In this document: piece by piece, positions 9,801-20,392 of the stretch
Numbering within the stretch: position 1 is the stretch's first letter
How the letters are laid out: the number at the start of each line of letters is the position of its first letter
Source: Acutalibacteraceae bacterium
GTDB taxonomy: Bacteria > Bacillota > Clostridia > Oscillospirales > Acutalibacteraceae
Length of the DNA: 64,000 nt
Direction: 5' to 3'
Assembly (NCBI GenBank): GCA_045646485.1
Contig: JAZRKU010000058.1
Span: 596-64,595, forward strand
Notes under the pieces: generated by a model
What the model saw: only the letters and a program-made list of their open reading frames with translations
Database searches by the model: none
Told to the model about the DNA's origin: nothing
Program-made: the position numbers and the translations under genes

Positions 9801-10976
9801 TTATTTTTTCTTTTTGTTCCCGAAAATTCCTTTTTTCTCTTCGGGAGAAACTTTTTTGTTGCCGCAAGCTTCGTTAAACTGAAGAAGCAGGTCTTTTTGC
9901 TTCTCTGAAAGATTCTTTGGAATTACAACGTTGATTTTTACGAGTTGGTCGCCACGTCTTGTGCCACCTACAACCTGAATGCCCTTGCCCTTTAATTTAA
10001 AGACGTCACCAGGTTGAGTGCCTGCAGGAATACTGTATTTTACCTGACCATCAAGAGTAGGTACAGTTAATTCGTCACCCAATGTAGCCTGAACAACAGA
10101 AACATCTACCTCGCACCATACGTTGTAGCCGTCCCTCTGGAAGAATGGGTGCGGTTTAATTGAAACAGCAACTCTTAAATCGCCACTTGGACCGCCATTA
10201 AGACCACGGTTGCCTTCTCCGCGTACTGTAAACATCTGACCATCATCGATACCTGCAGGGATTGAAATATCCTTTTTAACAGGTCTTCTGATTCTGCCGT
10301 TACCCTTACATTTGTTACAGGGAGTTGGGTTATAAGTACCTTTACCGCCACATTTTGGACATTGTTTTTGTGTTGAAATAACGCCGAAAGGTGTGCGTTG
10401 CTGTGTGCTGATTTGACCACGTCCGTTACATTCGGGGCAGGTTTGTGATGATGTACCTTTAGCAGCACCGCTACCCGCACATTCGTCACAGGTTTCTATT
10501 CGTGGGAATTCAACGTTTTTTGTGCATCCTTTTGCAGCTTCTTCAAAAGATAAAGAAACAGTAACCTGAATATCATTACCTCTTCTCGGAGCATTAGGAT
10601 TTGAGCGTGAAGAACCACCGCCAAAACCACTGCCGAAGCCACCACCAAAGAATGAACCGAAAATATCGCCTAAATCGAATTCCATTCCGTCGCCGAATCC
10701 GAAACCGCCGAATCCTCCTGCACCACCGGCACCGCCACCATAAGACGGGTCAACGCCGGCAAATCCGAAGCGGTCATACTTCTCTTTCTTTTGCGGGTCG
10801 GAGAGTATTTCATAAGCTTCATTTGCTTCTTTGAATTTAGCTTCAGCTTCTTTGTTGTCAGGATTTAAGTCCGGATGGTATTTTTTCGCGAGTTGGCGAT
10901 ATGATTTTTTAATCTCATCTGCAGAAGCACCCTTGGAAAGACCAAGGACTTCATAATAATCTCTTTTATCTGCCAT
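9801..10976 (-). CDS. dnaJ: Molecular chaperone DnaJ
   Basis: J-domain (YYEVLGL...KKYHPDLN), G/F-rich linker, and four CxxCxGxG zinc-finger repeats. Confidence 0.97.
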   Translation of the reverse strand: MADKRDYYEVLGLSKGASADEIKKSYRQLAKKYHPDLNPDNKEAEAKFKEANEAYEILSDPQKKEKYDRFGFAGVDPSYGGGAGGAGGFGGFGFGDGMEFDLGDIFGSFFGGGFGSGFGGGSSRSNPNAPRRGNDIQVTVSLSFEEAAKGCTKNVEFPRIETCDECAGSGAAKGTSSQTCPECNGRGQISTQQRTPFGVISTQKQCPKCGGKGTYNPTPCNKCKGNGRIRRPVKKDISIPAGIDDGQMFTVRGEGNRGLNGGPSGDLRVAVSIKPHPFFQRDGYNVWCEVDVSVVQATLGDELTVPTLDGQVKYSIPAGTQPGDVFKLKGKGIQVVGGTRRGDQLVKINVVIPKNLSEKQKDLLLQFNEACGNKKVSPEEKKGIFGNKKKK

Positions 10977-11001
10977 TTTTTAGCCTTTCTAAATATCTGT
11001 T

Positions 11002-11032
11002 GGCAACAGAGCTTTTTAAGGGCTCTGTTGCC
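11002..11032 (-). promoter_or_regulatory. Intercistronic stem-loop between dnaK and dnaJ
   Basis: 11-bp perfect stem GGCAACAGAGC/GCTCTGTTGCC with a 9-nt loop and no U-tract. Likely a processing or partial attenuation element. Confidence 0.45.
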
Positions 11033-11043
11033 TTTGTGTTTAA

Positions 11044-12897
<1,854 letters not shown>

Positions 12898-12926
12898 TTA
12901 CCTCCAAATATATTTTAGTTTGTTTT

Positions 12927-13475
12927 TTATTGAGTTATTTGAACACTTGCAAATCTTAACACGCGGTCACCCATTTTGTATCCTTTTTCGAATACTGCTG
13001 AAATTGAGCTTTCAGGTAAATCAGGATTTTCCGCAGTCATAACTGCATTGTGTATTTCCGGATTAAATTCTTCACCGACTTCACCGAAAGAAACTACATC
13101 TGCTTTGCTTAAAATGTCTTTTAATTGATTATATGTCATTTCAATGCCTTTTCTGTAGCTTTCAATGTCATCAGTTTTATTATCTATCGCTCTGTCAAAA
13201 TTATCAATTACAGGGAGAAGAAGTGACAACGTAGTTGCTTTTGAATCATTGTAAGCAGATTCTTTCTCTCTTTGAGAACGTTTTCTGAAGTTATCGTATT
13301 CTGCAAGAACTCTCATATAAGAATCTTTTGTTTCTGCCAATTCTTTTTCTAATTTTTCTTTTTCAGCGGTTAAAGCTTCAGTTTTTTTATCTGCTTTTTT
13401 TGATTTTTTTGTTTCTTTTACTTCTTTTGAAGAGTCGTTTTGTTCTTCGTTTAAGATTTTTTCTTCGGTTGCCAT
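12927..13475 (-). CDS. grpE: Nucleotide exchange factor GrpE
   Basis: 182 aa with YMRVLAEYDNFRKRSQRE and a C-terminal GYKMGDRVLRFASV block. Positioned between hrcA and dnaK. Confidence 0.95.
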   Translation of the reverse strand: MATEEKILNEEQNDSSKEVKETKKSKKADKKTEALTAEKEKLEKELAETKDSYMRVLAEYDNFRKRSQREKESAYNDSKATTLSLLLPVIDNFDRAIDNKTDDIESYRKGIEMTYNQLKDILSKADVVSFGEVGEEFNPEIHNAVMTAENPDLPESSISAVFEKGYKMGDRVLRFASVQITQ

Positions 13476-13484
13476 AAATTAACC

Positions 13485-14540
13485 TCACTCTAAAGTTTCT
13501 GAAAGCAGATTTCCTATGACATCTGCTAAATATTTAATGCTTGGAATAAGCCTTGCATAATCAATTCTTGTAGGACCTATTATTCCTATTGAACCACTGT
13601 CTCGGTCACCTACAGTGTATTTTGAGAAGATAGTTGAAGAATTTCGCAATTCTTTAAAAGCATTTTCTTCGCCGATTGAAATATTCAATGGTTTCTTCTG
13701 TGTTGAAAGTAATGCTTTCATAGGTTCTTCTCTATGAAGAAAATCCATAAGTTCGAATGCATCAAGCGATAATTCGGGGTGGTTTAAAATGTTCGATTGC
13801 CCGTTGAAGTGTAAATCGGTTGATTTAACTGAATTGCACAAATCGGCAACTCCGCAAAGGAGGGGCGACATAACGAAAACTTTATCGCCCAAAGAAGCGA
13901 CAAGAGTCTGAATGAACGGAATATCAATATTTGAAACTGAATTTCCTAAAAAATAGGTTTGCATAATGTTGTAAAAAACTTCAGCGACTTCAACCGTTAT
14001 TTCGCTTTCTGTACGGACAACCATACTTTTTAAAATACCGGATGTTGCAAGAAGCACCACCATAGCTGTTTTGTTACTTAAAGGAACTAATTCGACTCTT
14101 TTAATAAGCGCTTCGCTATCTGATGGAGAAGAAGAAATTGCAACACAATTTGTAAGTTCTGAAAGAATGCTACCGGCTTTTTCTAAAAGTTGGTCAGATT
14201 CACCTGAATATGCTTGAAGCCACACTTTTATTCGCTCTTGTTCTTCGTGCCCTAATTCATATTCTGACATAAGATTGTCAATGTAGTAACGATAACCTAA
14301 TTGAGAAGGTATTCTACCGGCAGATGTATGAGGTTGCATTAAGAAACCGAGTTCTACCAAATCTGCCATATCGTTTCTTATGGTAGCAGAAGAAACTGCA
14401 TTACCCATAGCGCTCTGGAGTGTTTTTGAACCGACAGGTTCGCCGGTTGCGATATAGCTTTCAATGATTAGCGCTAAAATCTTTTGTTTGCGTTCAGATA
14501 AAGCGGGAATTTTAAACACTCCTTTCTTTTGAGATAGCAA
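13485..14540 (-). CDS. hrcA: Heat-inducible transcription repressor HrcA
   Basis: ILALIIESYIATGEPVGSKTL ... ATIRNDMADLVELGFL; CIRCE operator lies just upstream. Start is uncertain: the track start is TTG 14540 without SD, while AAAGGAG is followed 8 nt later by in-frame ATT 14510. Confidence 0.93.
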   Translation of the reverse strand: MLSQKKGVFKIPALSERKQKILALIIESYIATGEPVGSKTLQSAMGNAVSSATIRNDMADLVELGFLMQPHTSAGRIPSQLGYRYYIDNLMSEYELGHEEQERIKVWLQAYSGESDQLLEKAGSILSELTNCVAISSSPSDSEALIKRVELVPLSNKTAMVVLLATSGILKSMVVRTESEITVEVAEVFYNIMQTYFLGNSVSNIDIPFIQTLVASLGDKVFVMSPLLCGVADLCNSVKSTDLHFNGQSNILNHPELSLDAFELMDFLHREEPMKALLSTQKKPLNISIGEENAFKELRNSSTIFSKYTVGDRDSGSIGIIGPTRIDYARLIPSIKYLADVIGNLLSETLE

Positions 14541-14574
14541 ATGGATTTGTGCAGTGCTGTTCAGTTTTTCACTG

Positions 14575-14601
14575 TTAGCACTTGCTGATGGAGAGTGCTA
14601 A
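14575..14601 (-). promoter_or_regulatory. CIRCE operator (HrcA binding site)
   Basis: TTAGCACTT-GCTGATGGA-GAGTGCTAA: a 9-nt inverted repeat with 9-nt spacer and one mismatch to the TTAGCACTC-N9-GAGTGCTAA consensus. It lies between the promoter and hrcA. Confidence 0.9.
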
Positions 14602-14611
14602 CTCTGTTAAT

Positions 14612-14640
14612 AATATACATCTATCTTTGCCGTTTGTCAA
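14612..14640 (-). promoter_or_regulatory. Sigma-A-type promoter of the hrcA-grpE-dnaK-dnaJ operon
   Basis: Minus strand TTGACA-17 nt-TATATT, ending ~10 nt upstream of CIRCE. Confidence 0.65.
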
Positions 14641-14700
14641 CCTATTATTCAAATTTTTTTGTAAATAGTTTGTGAATAAACCATTTATACGTACGATTTG

Positions 14701-14729
14701 TTGCATAAATTTATTATTTGTGGTAGAAT
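14701..14729 (+). promoter_or_regulatory. Sigma-A-type promoter of the gtrB/gtrA/yfhO-like module
   Basis: TTGCAT-17 nt-TGgTAGAAT (extended -10), 60 nt upstream of the ATG. Confidence 0.55.
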
Positions 14730-14789
14730 ACAGAAATATATGGTAATACTATTATAATTATAAATAAATTTTGTGGAAGGCAAAGTGTT

Positions 14790-15734
14790 ATGAAATTATC
14801 TCTCGTTGTTCCTTGCTTTAATGAGGAAGATAATGTTGAACGTTTTTTTAATGAAGTTAATAACGTGTTTTTATGTAATGTAGATGATTACGAGTTTGTT
14901 TTTGTTAATGACGGAAGCAAAGATAAAACTTATAACAGATTAAAAGAGTTATATGAAACCAATTCTGCTTATAATATTCAGGTTTTGTCCTTCAGCAGAA
15001 ACTTCGGTAAGGAAGCCGCAATATACGCGGGGCTTAAAGAGTCCAAGGGCGATTACGTGTGCATAATAGATGCCGATTTGCAACAACGCCCGGAAGTAGT
15101 ATTGCAAATGCTCAAGGAAATAGAAAAAAATTCTGATATTGACTGCGTTGCGGCTTATCAGGCTGAAAGAAACGAAGGAGCGATTCTTTCGAATTTCAAA
15201 TCAGCATTCTATAAAATTATAAATAAATTAGCAGAAGTTGATTTTGTCAACGGTGCTTCTGACTTCAGATTGCTTAAAAGAAAGATGGTTGATGCGATTC
15301 TTTCAATGAGTGAATATCACCGTTTTTCAAAAGGTATATTCAGTTGGGTTGGTTTTAACACAAAATATATATCTTATGAAGTGCAAGAAAGAGAATATGG
15401 TGAAAGTAAATGGAGCTTTCTTAAACTCTTCAAATATGCGATTGATGGTATAGTTGCTTTTTCAACGCTCCCGTTAAGACTTTCTATTGCAACAGGTTTC
15501 ATAACTGCGGTTGCTTCAATTATTTATCTTATAGTTGTAGTTTTTCAGAAACTCATTCAGGGAATTGATGTGCCTGGTTACGCCTCAATAATAGTACTGA
15601 TATTATTCTTAGGTGGAATGCAACTCTTTTGTTTAGGAATTTTGGGTGAGTATTTGTCAAAAGTTTATGTGCAGGTTAAAAATAGACCTATATATATATT
15701 AAAGGAGCATTTAAAATATAATGCTGAAGATTAA
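14790..15734 (+). CDS. Polyprenol-phosphate glycosyltransferase, GT2 (GtrB/CsbB-like)
   Basis: LSLVVPCFNEEDNV, FVNDGSKDKT, IDADLQQRP, and two C-terminal TM helices typical of GtrB/CsbB/ArnC-type enzymes. Confidence 0.85.
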   Translation: MKLSLVVPCFNEEDNVERFFNEVNNVFLCNVDDYEFVFVNDGSKDKTYNRLKELYETNSAYNIQVLSFSRNFGKEAAIYAGLKESKGDYVCIIDADLQQRPEVVLQMLKEIEKNSDIDCVAAYQAERNEGAILSNFKSAFYKIINKLAEVDFVNGASDFRLLKRKMVDAILSMSEYHRFSKGIFSWVGFNTKYISYEVQEREYGESKWSFLKLFKYAIDGIVAFSTLPLRLSIATGFITAVASIIYLIVVVFQKLIQGIDVPGYASIIVLILFLGGMQLFCLGILGEYLSKVYVQVKNRPIYILKEHLKYNAED

Positions 15735-16182
15735 AGAACTATTTTCGAAATATAAAGAGCTTATAACTTATGTGATTTTTGGCGGTCTTACTACTTTAGT
15801 GAATTTTGTTGTTTTTTATATTTTCACTCAAGTATTAGGTGAGAAGTTGTATTTAGTGAATAATGCAATTGCCTGGGTTGCAGGTGTTGTGTTTGCTTAC
15901 ATCACAAATAAATTATTTGTATTTGAATCCAAAAGCTGGAACATAAAAATTCTTGCAAAAGAAATACCGGGTTTCCTCGGGGCAAGAGTCTTAAGCTTTT
16001 TGTTAGAAGAAGGCGGGATGTTATTATTTATAACAGTTTTAGGTCTGGGCGAGATATCTTTGAGTGTTTTTGGTTTTGAGGTTACAGGCCAACTTATTGT
16101 TAAAGTATTGTTAGCGGTTATTGTGGTTATAACAAATTATTTTTTCAGTAAGTTTATTATTTTTAAAAAAGGCGAAAAATAA
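15721..16182 (+). CDS. GtrA-family small membrane protein (putative lipid-linked sugar translocation)
   Basis: 153 aa with four TM helices and the pattern YVIFGGLTTLVNF...ITNKLFVFES typical of the GtrA family. Overlaps the upstream GT2 gene by 14 nt. Confidence 0.8.
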   Translation: MLKIKELFSKYKELITYVIFGGLTTLVNFVVFYIFTQVLGEKLYLVNNAIAWVAGVVFAYITNKLFVFESKSWNIKILAKEIPGFLGARVLSFLLEEGGMLLFITVLGLGEISLSVFGFEVTGQLIVKVLLAVIVVITNYFFSKFIIFKKGEK

Positions 16183-16240
16183 TGAGTCATCACATCTGAT
16201 GACTCTTTAACTTTTGGTGGGTGTCAGGGAGATTTTTAAA

Positions 16241-19003
16241 ATGGGTATAAAAAAACAACAAAAAAATCTGAGACTATATGGTGGATATACAGTATTCTTT
16301 TTTGTAGCGGCAATCTTAACCTTCTGGCAATTTTTCTGTTATCAGAAGTCAATGGTATGGGCGTCAGACGGGTTATATCAGCATTATAATGCCTTTATGT
16401 ATTTTGGTTCGTGGTGCAGAGAAGTGTTAAAAAATATTTTTCTTGAGCACAATTTTATATTACCGATGTGGGAGTGGGGCTTAGGTTATGGCTCAGACGT
16501 ATTTACAACGTTAAGCTATTATTCCTTCGGCGACCCCGTTTCTTTAATTTCTGTGTTCTTTCCTGTGGAGTATTCAGAGGTTGGGTATACGTTGGCGGTA
16601 ATAGCAAGATTTTATTTAGCAGGTATTGCTTTTTTAATATATGCACGAAAAATGAATTGTAAAGCTTGGAGTTCTGTTTGTGCATCAATAGTTTACGTTT
16701 TTTGTGCGTTTTCTGTATTTTTTGGCGTAAGACATCCGTTTTTTATCAGCTCTATGGCATATTATCCGCTGGTTTTATTCGGGTGTGAAAAGGTTTTGCG
16801 AAAAGAGTCACCGGTAGCATTGATTTTAGCGGTATTTATATCTGCTCTTTCTAATTTTTACTTTTTCTACAAAATTGCAATATTCACTGTTTTATATGTA
16901 TTTGTAAGAGTGTTGTCTGATAAGGAGCTTCGAAAAATCAAAGCTTTTGCGGGTTCTGTTTTACAGATTGGTTTGTGTGCAGGGGCAGGCGTTATGCTTT
17001 CAGCAGTGCTGTTTCTGCCCGATGTTATGTCGTTTGTCAATAATACCCGTGTGACAGATAATTACAGCTTTGACTTCTTATATACACTTAAGGATTATGA
17101 GAAATTTATAGGTTCATTTGTAGGAATAAATTCAGGGATGTCATCTGCAATAATCGGAGTTGCGCCAATAACGTATTTAGCCGTCGGAATTTCATTTTTG
17201 CAACGCGATAAAGATGAAAGATGGGCGAAACTTTTTCTTGGGGTTCAATTGATTTTGTTGGTATTTCCAATATTCGGCCATATAATAAACGGTTTCGGCT
17301 ACGTCTGTAACAGATGGGTTTTTGTGTGGGTGCTGACAGTTTCGTTTTTGTTAGCAAAAAAACTGCCACAGATTTTAAATTTAAAAAAGAAAGAACGCTT
17401 TCTATTTACAATTGGATGTGGTGCCTACGCACTTCTTTGTGCGATTTTAAAAAATGCAAGAACAAAAGAAGTTTTTGCAGGATTAGTGCTTTTAGTAATA
17501 AGCCTGGTTTTTGTTTGGTGTGCTCCGCATATTAAAGATTTTAAAATCAGAAAAATCAGCATTAAGGCTTCAAAAATTAAACAAGTAGCTGTCTGGATTT
17601 TGATTTTTGCATCAGTTTTTCAAATGTCCTTTTTCAGATTTTCTTCATTTGGTAGCAATTATCTTGAGGAGTTCAGAAATAGTCAAAGTGCAAACGATTT
17701 ACTCTTTAACGAAAGTGCTTCTGCTTGGGATTTAATCGAAGATGATGATTTTTACAGAATAGAAACTTCTGTTCGCGATAATTTTCAATATAATTTTGCT
17801 GCAGTTGACAAGCAGAGTACAACAACCGTGTATTGGTCGCTTATAAATCCGGATATTACCCAATACATGGAGCTTAACAGTTCATATGATTTTTTATCTC
17901 ATCGTAACAGAGGATTGCAATCAAGATGCTGGCTTCTGCCTCTTGTGAGTGCAAAATATTTTGTAGCCAGCACAAGTGATAATAAAATTAAAACAGGTGT
18001 TCCTTATAACTATGAACTGATTGGTGAAAAGCAGGGTAGCAGTAATAAATATTATTTATATAAAACTGATAATGCTTTGCCTTTCGGGTTTACATATGAT
18101 GAATATATAACGCGTGAAGAATATGAAAAAATGTCCTTTACCGAGCGTCAGCAAGCGACGTTGCAAGCTGCTGTAATTGAAAATGACGTTAGCGTAAATT
18201 GTGAGCATAAGAACGAGCTGTTTTTTGATGACAACAGACTTGAATACGAGTTAGAAACAGATGACAATGTAGAACAGGCAGGGGATAAATTTATCGTTAA
18301 AAATCCTGATTCAATAGTAACATTTTACGTGTCGGCACCTGCAGAGAATGAATTGTACGTTTTTTTAAAGGGTGTGAATTTTAAAAGCGAAAATACTGCT
18401 TCTGATAAAAATGGTGAATCAGACGGAACTCATAAGTATTGGAGAGCGGCCACAGATACGAAATTCATCGCGAGAAGCGGTGGTGCTAAAGCAATAGTGT
18501 CGTGCTTTACCGATGAGAGTATATACGCTTGCGGCAGAACAGATTACGTGCTTAATTTAGGGTGTTCTGACAAGATTCGCAAAAAAATAACACTTAAATT
18601 TAAAGAAGCCGGAATCTATACAATAGAAGATTTGTTGATAATAAGCCAACCGGTAGAAAAAATAAGTGGTTATGTCAGAGAATTGAGCAACGATTCTTTA
18701 GAGAACATAGTGATGACAACAAACAGAATAAGCGGTAAAATAACAGTAACAGAAAATAAACTGCTTTGTCTTTCGTTGCCTTACACAAAGGGGTGGAGTT
18801 GTTATGTCGATGGAGAGAAAACAGAAACCTTTAAAACAGATATTATGTTAACAGGTGTGGAGCTTGAGCCGGGTGAACATAAAATAGAATTAGTCTATAA
18901 AACGCCATATTTGCTCGGTGGCACAATTGTTTCTCTGTGTGGTGTAATAGCTACAATGGGGTTATATATAGCTTATTGCTTCAACAAGAAAAAGAAGACG
19001 TAA
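16241..19003 (+). CDS. YfhO-family polytopic membrane glycosyltransferase
   Basis: ~920 aa with many N-terminal TM helices, a large extracytoplasmic C-terminal domain and a final TM. Lies directly after the gtrB/gtrA-like genes. Start placed at ATG 16241 (AGGGAG 10 nt upstream) rather than TTG 16214. Confidence 0.7.
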   Translation: MGIKKQQKNLRLYGGYTVFFFVAAILTFWQFFCYQKSMVWASDGLYQHYNAFMYFGSWCREVLKNIFLEHNFILPMWEWGLGYGSDVFTTLSYYSFGDPVSLISVFFPVEYSEVGYTLAVIARFYLAGIAFLIYARKMNCKAWSSVCASIVYVFCAFSVFFGVRHPFFISSMAYYPLVLFGCEKVLRKESPVALILAVFISALSNFYFFYKIAIFTVLYVFVRVLSDKELRKIKAFAGSVLQIGLCAGAGVMLSAVLFLPDVMSFVNNTRVTDNYSFDFLYTLKDYEKFIGSFVGINSGMSSAIIGVAPITYLAVGISFLQRDKDERWAKLFLGVQLILLVFPIFGHIINGFGYVCNRWVFVWVLTVSFLLAKKLPQILNLKKKERFLFTIGCGAYALLCAILKNARTKEVFAGLVLLVISLVFVWCAPHIKDFKIRKISIKASKIKQVAVWILIFASVFQMSFFRFSSFGSNYLEEFRNSQSANDLLFNESASAWDLIEDDDFYRIETSVRDNFQYNFAAVDKQSTTTVYWSLINPDITQYMELNSSYDFLSHRNRGLQSRCWLLPLVSAKYFVASTSDNKIKTGVPYNYELIGEKQGSSNKYYLYKTDNALPFGFTYDEYITREEYEKMSFTERQQATLQAAVIENDVSVNCEHKNELFFDDNRLEYELETDDNVEQAGDKFIVKNPDSIVTFYVSAPAENELYVFLKGVNFKSENTASDKNGESDGTHKYWRAATDTKFIARSGGAKAIVSCFTDESIYACGRTDYVLNLGCSDKIRKKITLKFKEAGIYTIEDLLIISQPVEKISGYVRELSNDSLENIVMTTNRISGKITVTENKLLCLSLPYTKGWSCYVDGEKTETFKTDIMLTGVELEPGEHKIELVYKTPYLLGGTIVSLCGVIATMGLYIAYCFNKKKKT

Positions 19004-19020
19004 ATTAAGAAATAAAAGAA

Positions 19021-19056
19021 AAAAGACATCCCACTAAGTGGGATGTCTGATTTTTT
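19021..19056. terminator. Bidirectional terminator between yfhO-like gene and rpmA
   Basis: AGACATCCCAC/GTGGGATGTCT stem flanked by A5 and T6. Confidence 0.85.
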
Positions 19057-19061
19057 GTGTC

Positions 19062-19346
19062 TTATTGCTCTACAGTGTAAACACTAACCTTTTTACGGTC
19101 TTTGCCAAGGCGTTCGAAACGAACCTGGCCGTCAACGAGAGCGAATAATGTGTCATCCTTACCCTTACCAACGTTTGTACCTGGGTGGATTTTTGTACCT
19201 CTCTGTCTTACAAGGATGTTACCTGCAAGAACGTGTTGACCATCTGCACGTTTAGCACCAAGTCTTTTAGACTCTGAATCACGGCCGTTACGTGTAGAAC
19301 CCATACCTTTTTTATGAGCAAATAACTGGATATTAATCTTAAGCAT
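19062..19346 (-). CDS. rpmA: 50S ribosomal protein L27 with cleavable N-terminal extension
   Basis: [30 protein letters not shown]. The [10 protein letters not shown] propeptide ahead of HKKG is the Prp substrate form. SD is GGAGGTG. Confidence 0.97.
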   Translation of the reverse strand: MLKINIQLFAHKKGMGSTRNGRDSESKRLGAKRADGQHVLAGNILVRQRGTKIHPGTNVGKGKDDTLFALVDGQVRFERLGKDRKKVSVYTVEQ

Positions 19347-19360
19347 TCGTTACACCTCCG

Positions 19361-19638
19361 TAGAGTGGGCAAAGTATATCAGAACCAGATTTTGGGACAT
19401 TCTTTTCCACTCATATTTCGTTAAAATACTCGTAAATCCGTCAGGATTTACTGCGTTTTTGCCTTATCTGAGTGGGAAATACTTAACCACAAAATTCTCT
19501 GACCTTAAATGGATGAGGATTTGAGATATTTTGGTCGTATTTGACTGCAGACAGGCTGTCGCCTTTCAAAGGAAAATCGGGCAAAAGAGCCGAAGCCTCA
19601 CCATTTAAGGCTGGTTCGGATAAACTTTACCCACTCTA
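19361..19638 (-). other. 278-bp structured element with 28-nt terminal inverted repeats between prp and rpmA (candidate cis-regulatory RNA or MITE-like insertion)
   Basis: Outer arms are 19361-19388 / 19611-19638 (25 of 28 complementary). Nested arms are 19503-19518 / 19596-19610 and 19402-19413 / 19469-19479. A perfect 8-bp hairpin lies at 19432-19451. TA dinucleotide at both ends. Confidence 0.6.
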
Positions 19639-19940
19639 AGTGTTTCTACAAACTCAGGATACTGCTCTTCTAAAGCTTCTAAATGAAGTTTTAATCCGAG
19701 TAATATATCCTTTGTAATATGGATTTGTTCCTTTTTAACTGTGAGCTTCATTTTAGCATCACTGACTTTTATTTTCGCATCAACCTTTAAAACCTCGGTT
19801 ATGGTGTTCGCCACCATATAGGTTGCAGATGAAATAGCAGAGCAGACAATGTCGCTGCCTTCATCGGCGAAGTCTGAATGACCAGAAATCGAAAAGCCGT
19901 AAGGAACATCGTTCTCAAAATAAAAAGTAACTTTTGTCAT
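19605..19940 (-). CDS. prp: Ribosomal-processing cysteine protease Prp (YsxB family)
   Basis: 111 aa lying between rplU and rpmA. FSISGHSDFADEGSDIVCSAISS contains the His/Cys dyad region. Its start overlaps the rplU stop by 1 nt. Confidence 0.85.
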   Translation of the reverse strand: MTKVTFYFENDVPYGFSISGHSDFADEGSDIVCSAISSATYMVANTITEVLKVDAKIKVSDAKMKLTVKKEQIHITKDILLGLKLHLEALEEQYPEFVETLRVGKVYPNQP

Positions 19941-20251
19941 TACGCATTGATAGCTGAAATTTCAACCTTTGTGTATGGTTGTCTATGACCCATCTTGCGC
20001 TTTTCATTTTTCTTTGGTTTGTAAGTAGCAACAACAATCTTCTTGCCTTTGCCGTTCTTAATAACCTTTGCGCTAACAGAAGCACCGTCCATATATGGAG
20101 CGCCAACTTTAATGCCGTCTTCTGCGCCGATTGCAATAACTTTATCAAAAGTTATTTCTGCGTCAGCTTCAACGTCGAGCTTTTCGATGAAAATAACATC
20201 GCCGTTCTCAACTTTGTATTGCTTTCCGCCTGTTTCAATGATTGCGTACAT
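19940..20251 (-). CDS. rplU: 50S ribosomal protein L21
   Basis: [25 protein letters not shown]. Start moved to the internal ATG 20251; the 14 upstream codons of the track ORF are not L21-like. Confidence 0.95.
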   Translation of the reverse strand: MYAIIETGGKQYKVENGDVIFIEKLDVEADAEITFDKVIAIGAEDGIKVGAPYMDGASVSAKVIKNGKGKKIVVATYKPKKNEKRKMGHRQPYTKVEISAINA

Positions 20252-20335
20252 AGTTTTTACCTGCTTTCTTTCAGTCTCGCTAACAAGGCACACTCTTGTG
20301 TTTGTGAGGACATACCTCGCCCTTAATATGCGGCA
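20252..20335 (-). promoter_or_regulatory. ~85-nt 5' UTR of rplU with small hairpins; possible L21-leader-type element
   Basis: Interval between the predicted -10 and the rplU ATG contains GAGGUAUGUCCUC and ACACAAGAGUGU hairpins. Firmicute rplU operons are known to carry an L21 leader; identity was not verified. Confidence 0.3.
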
Positions 20336-20341
20336 AAAGGT

Positions 20342-20370
20342 ATTTTAGCAGAAAGATGTAAGTTTGTCAA
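20342..20370 (-). promoter_or_regulatory. Sigma-A-type promoter of the rplU-prp-rpmA operon
   Basis: Minus strand TTGACA-17 nt-TAAAAT. Confidence 0.7.
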
Positions 20371-20392
20371 GTGAAAAAAGAAAATTCTGTGT

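Noticed and set aside
19566-19602. 12-codon mini-ORF (MVRLRLFCPIFL) starting right after the prp stop
   Set aside because: It has no SD and is very short. It lies inside a predicted stem and is most likely fortuitous.
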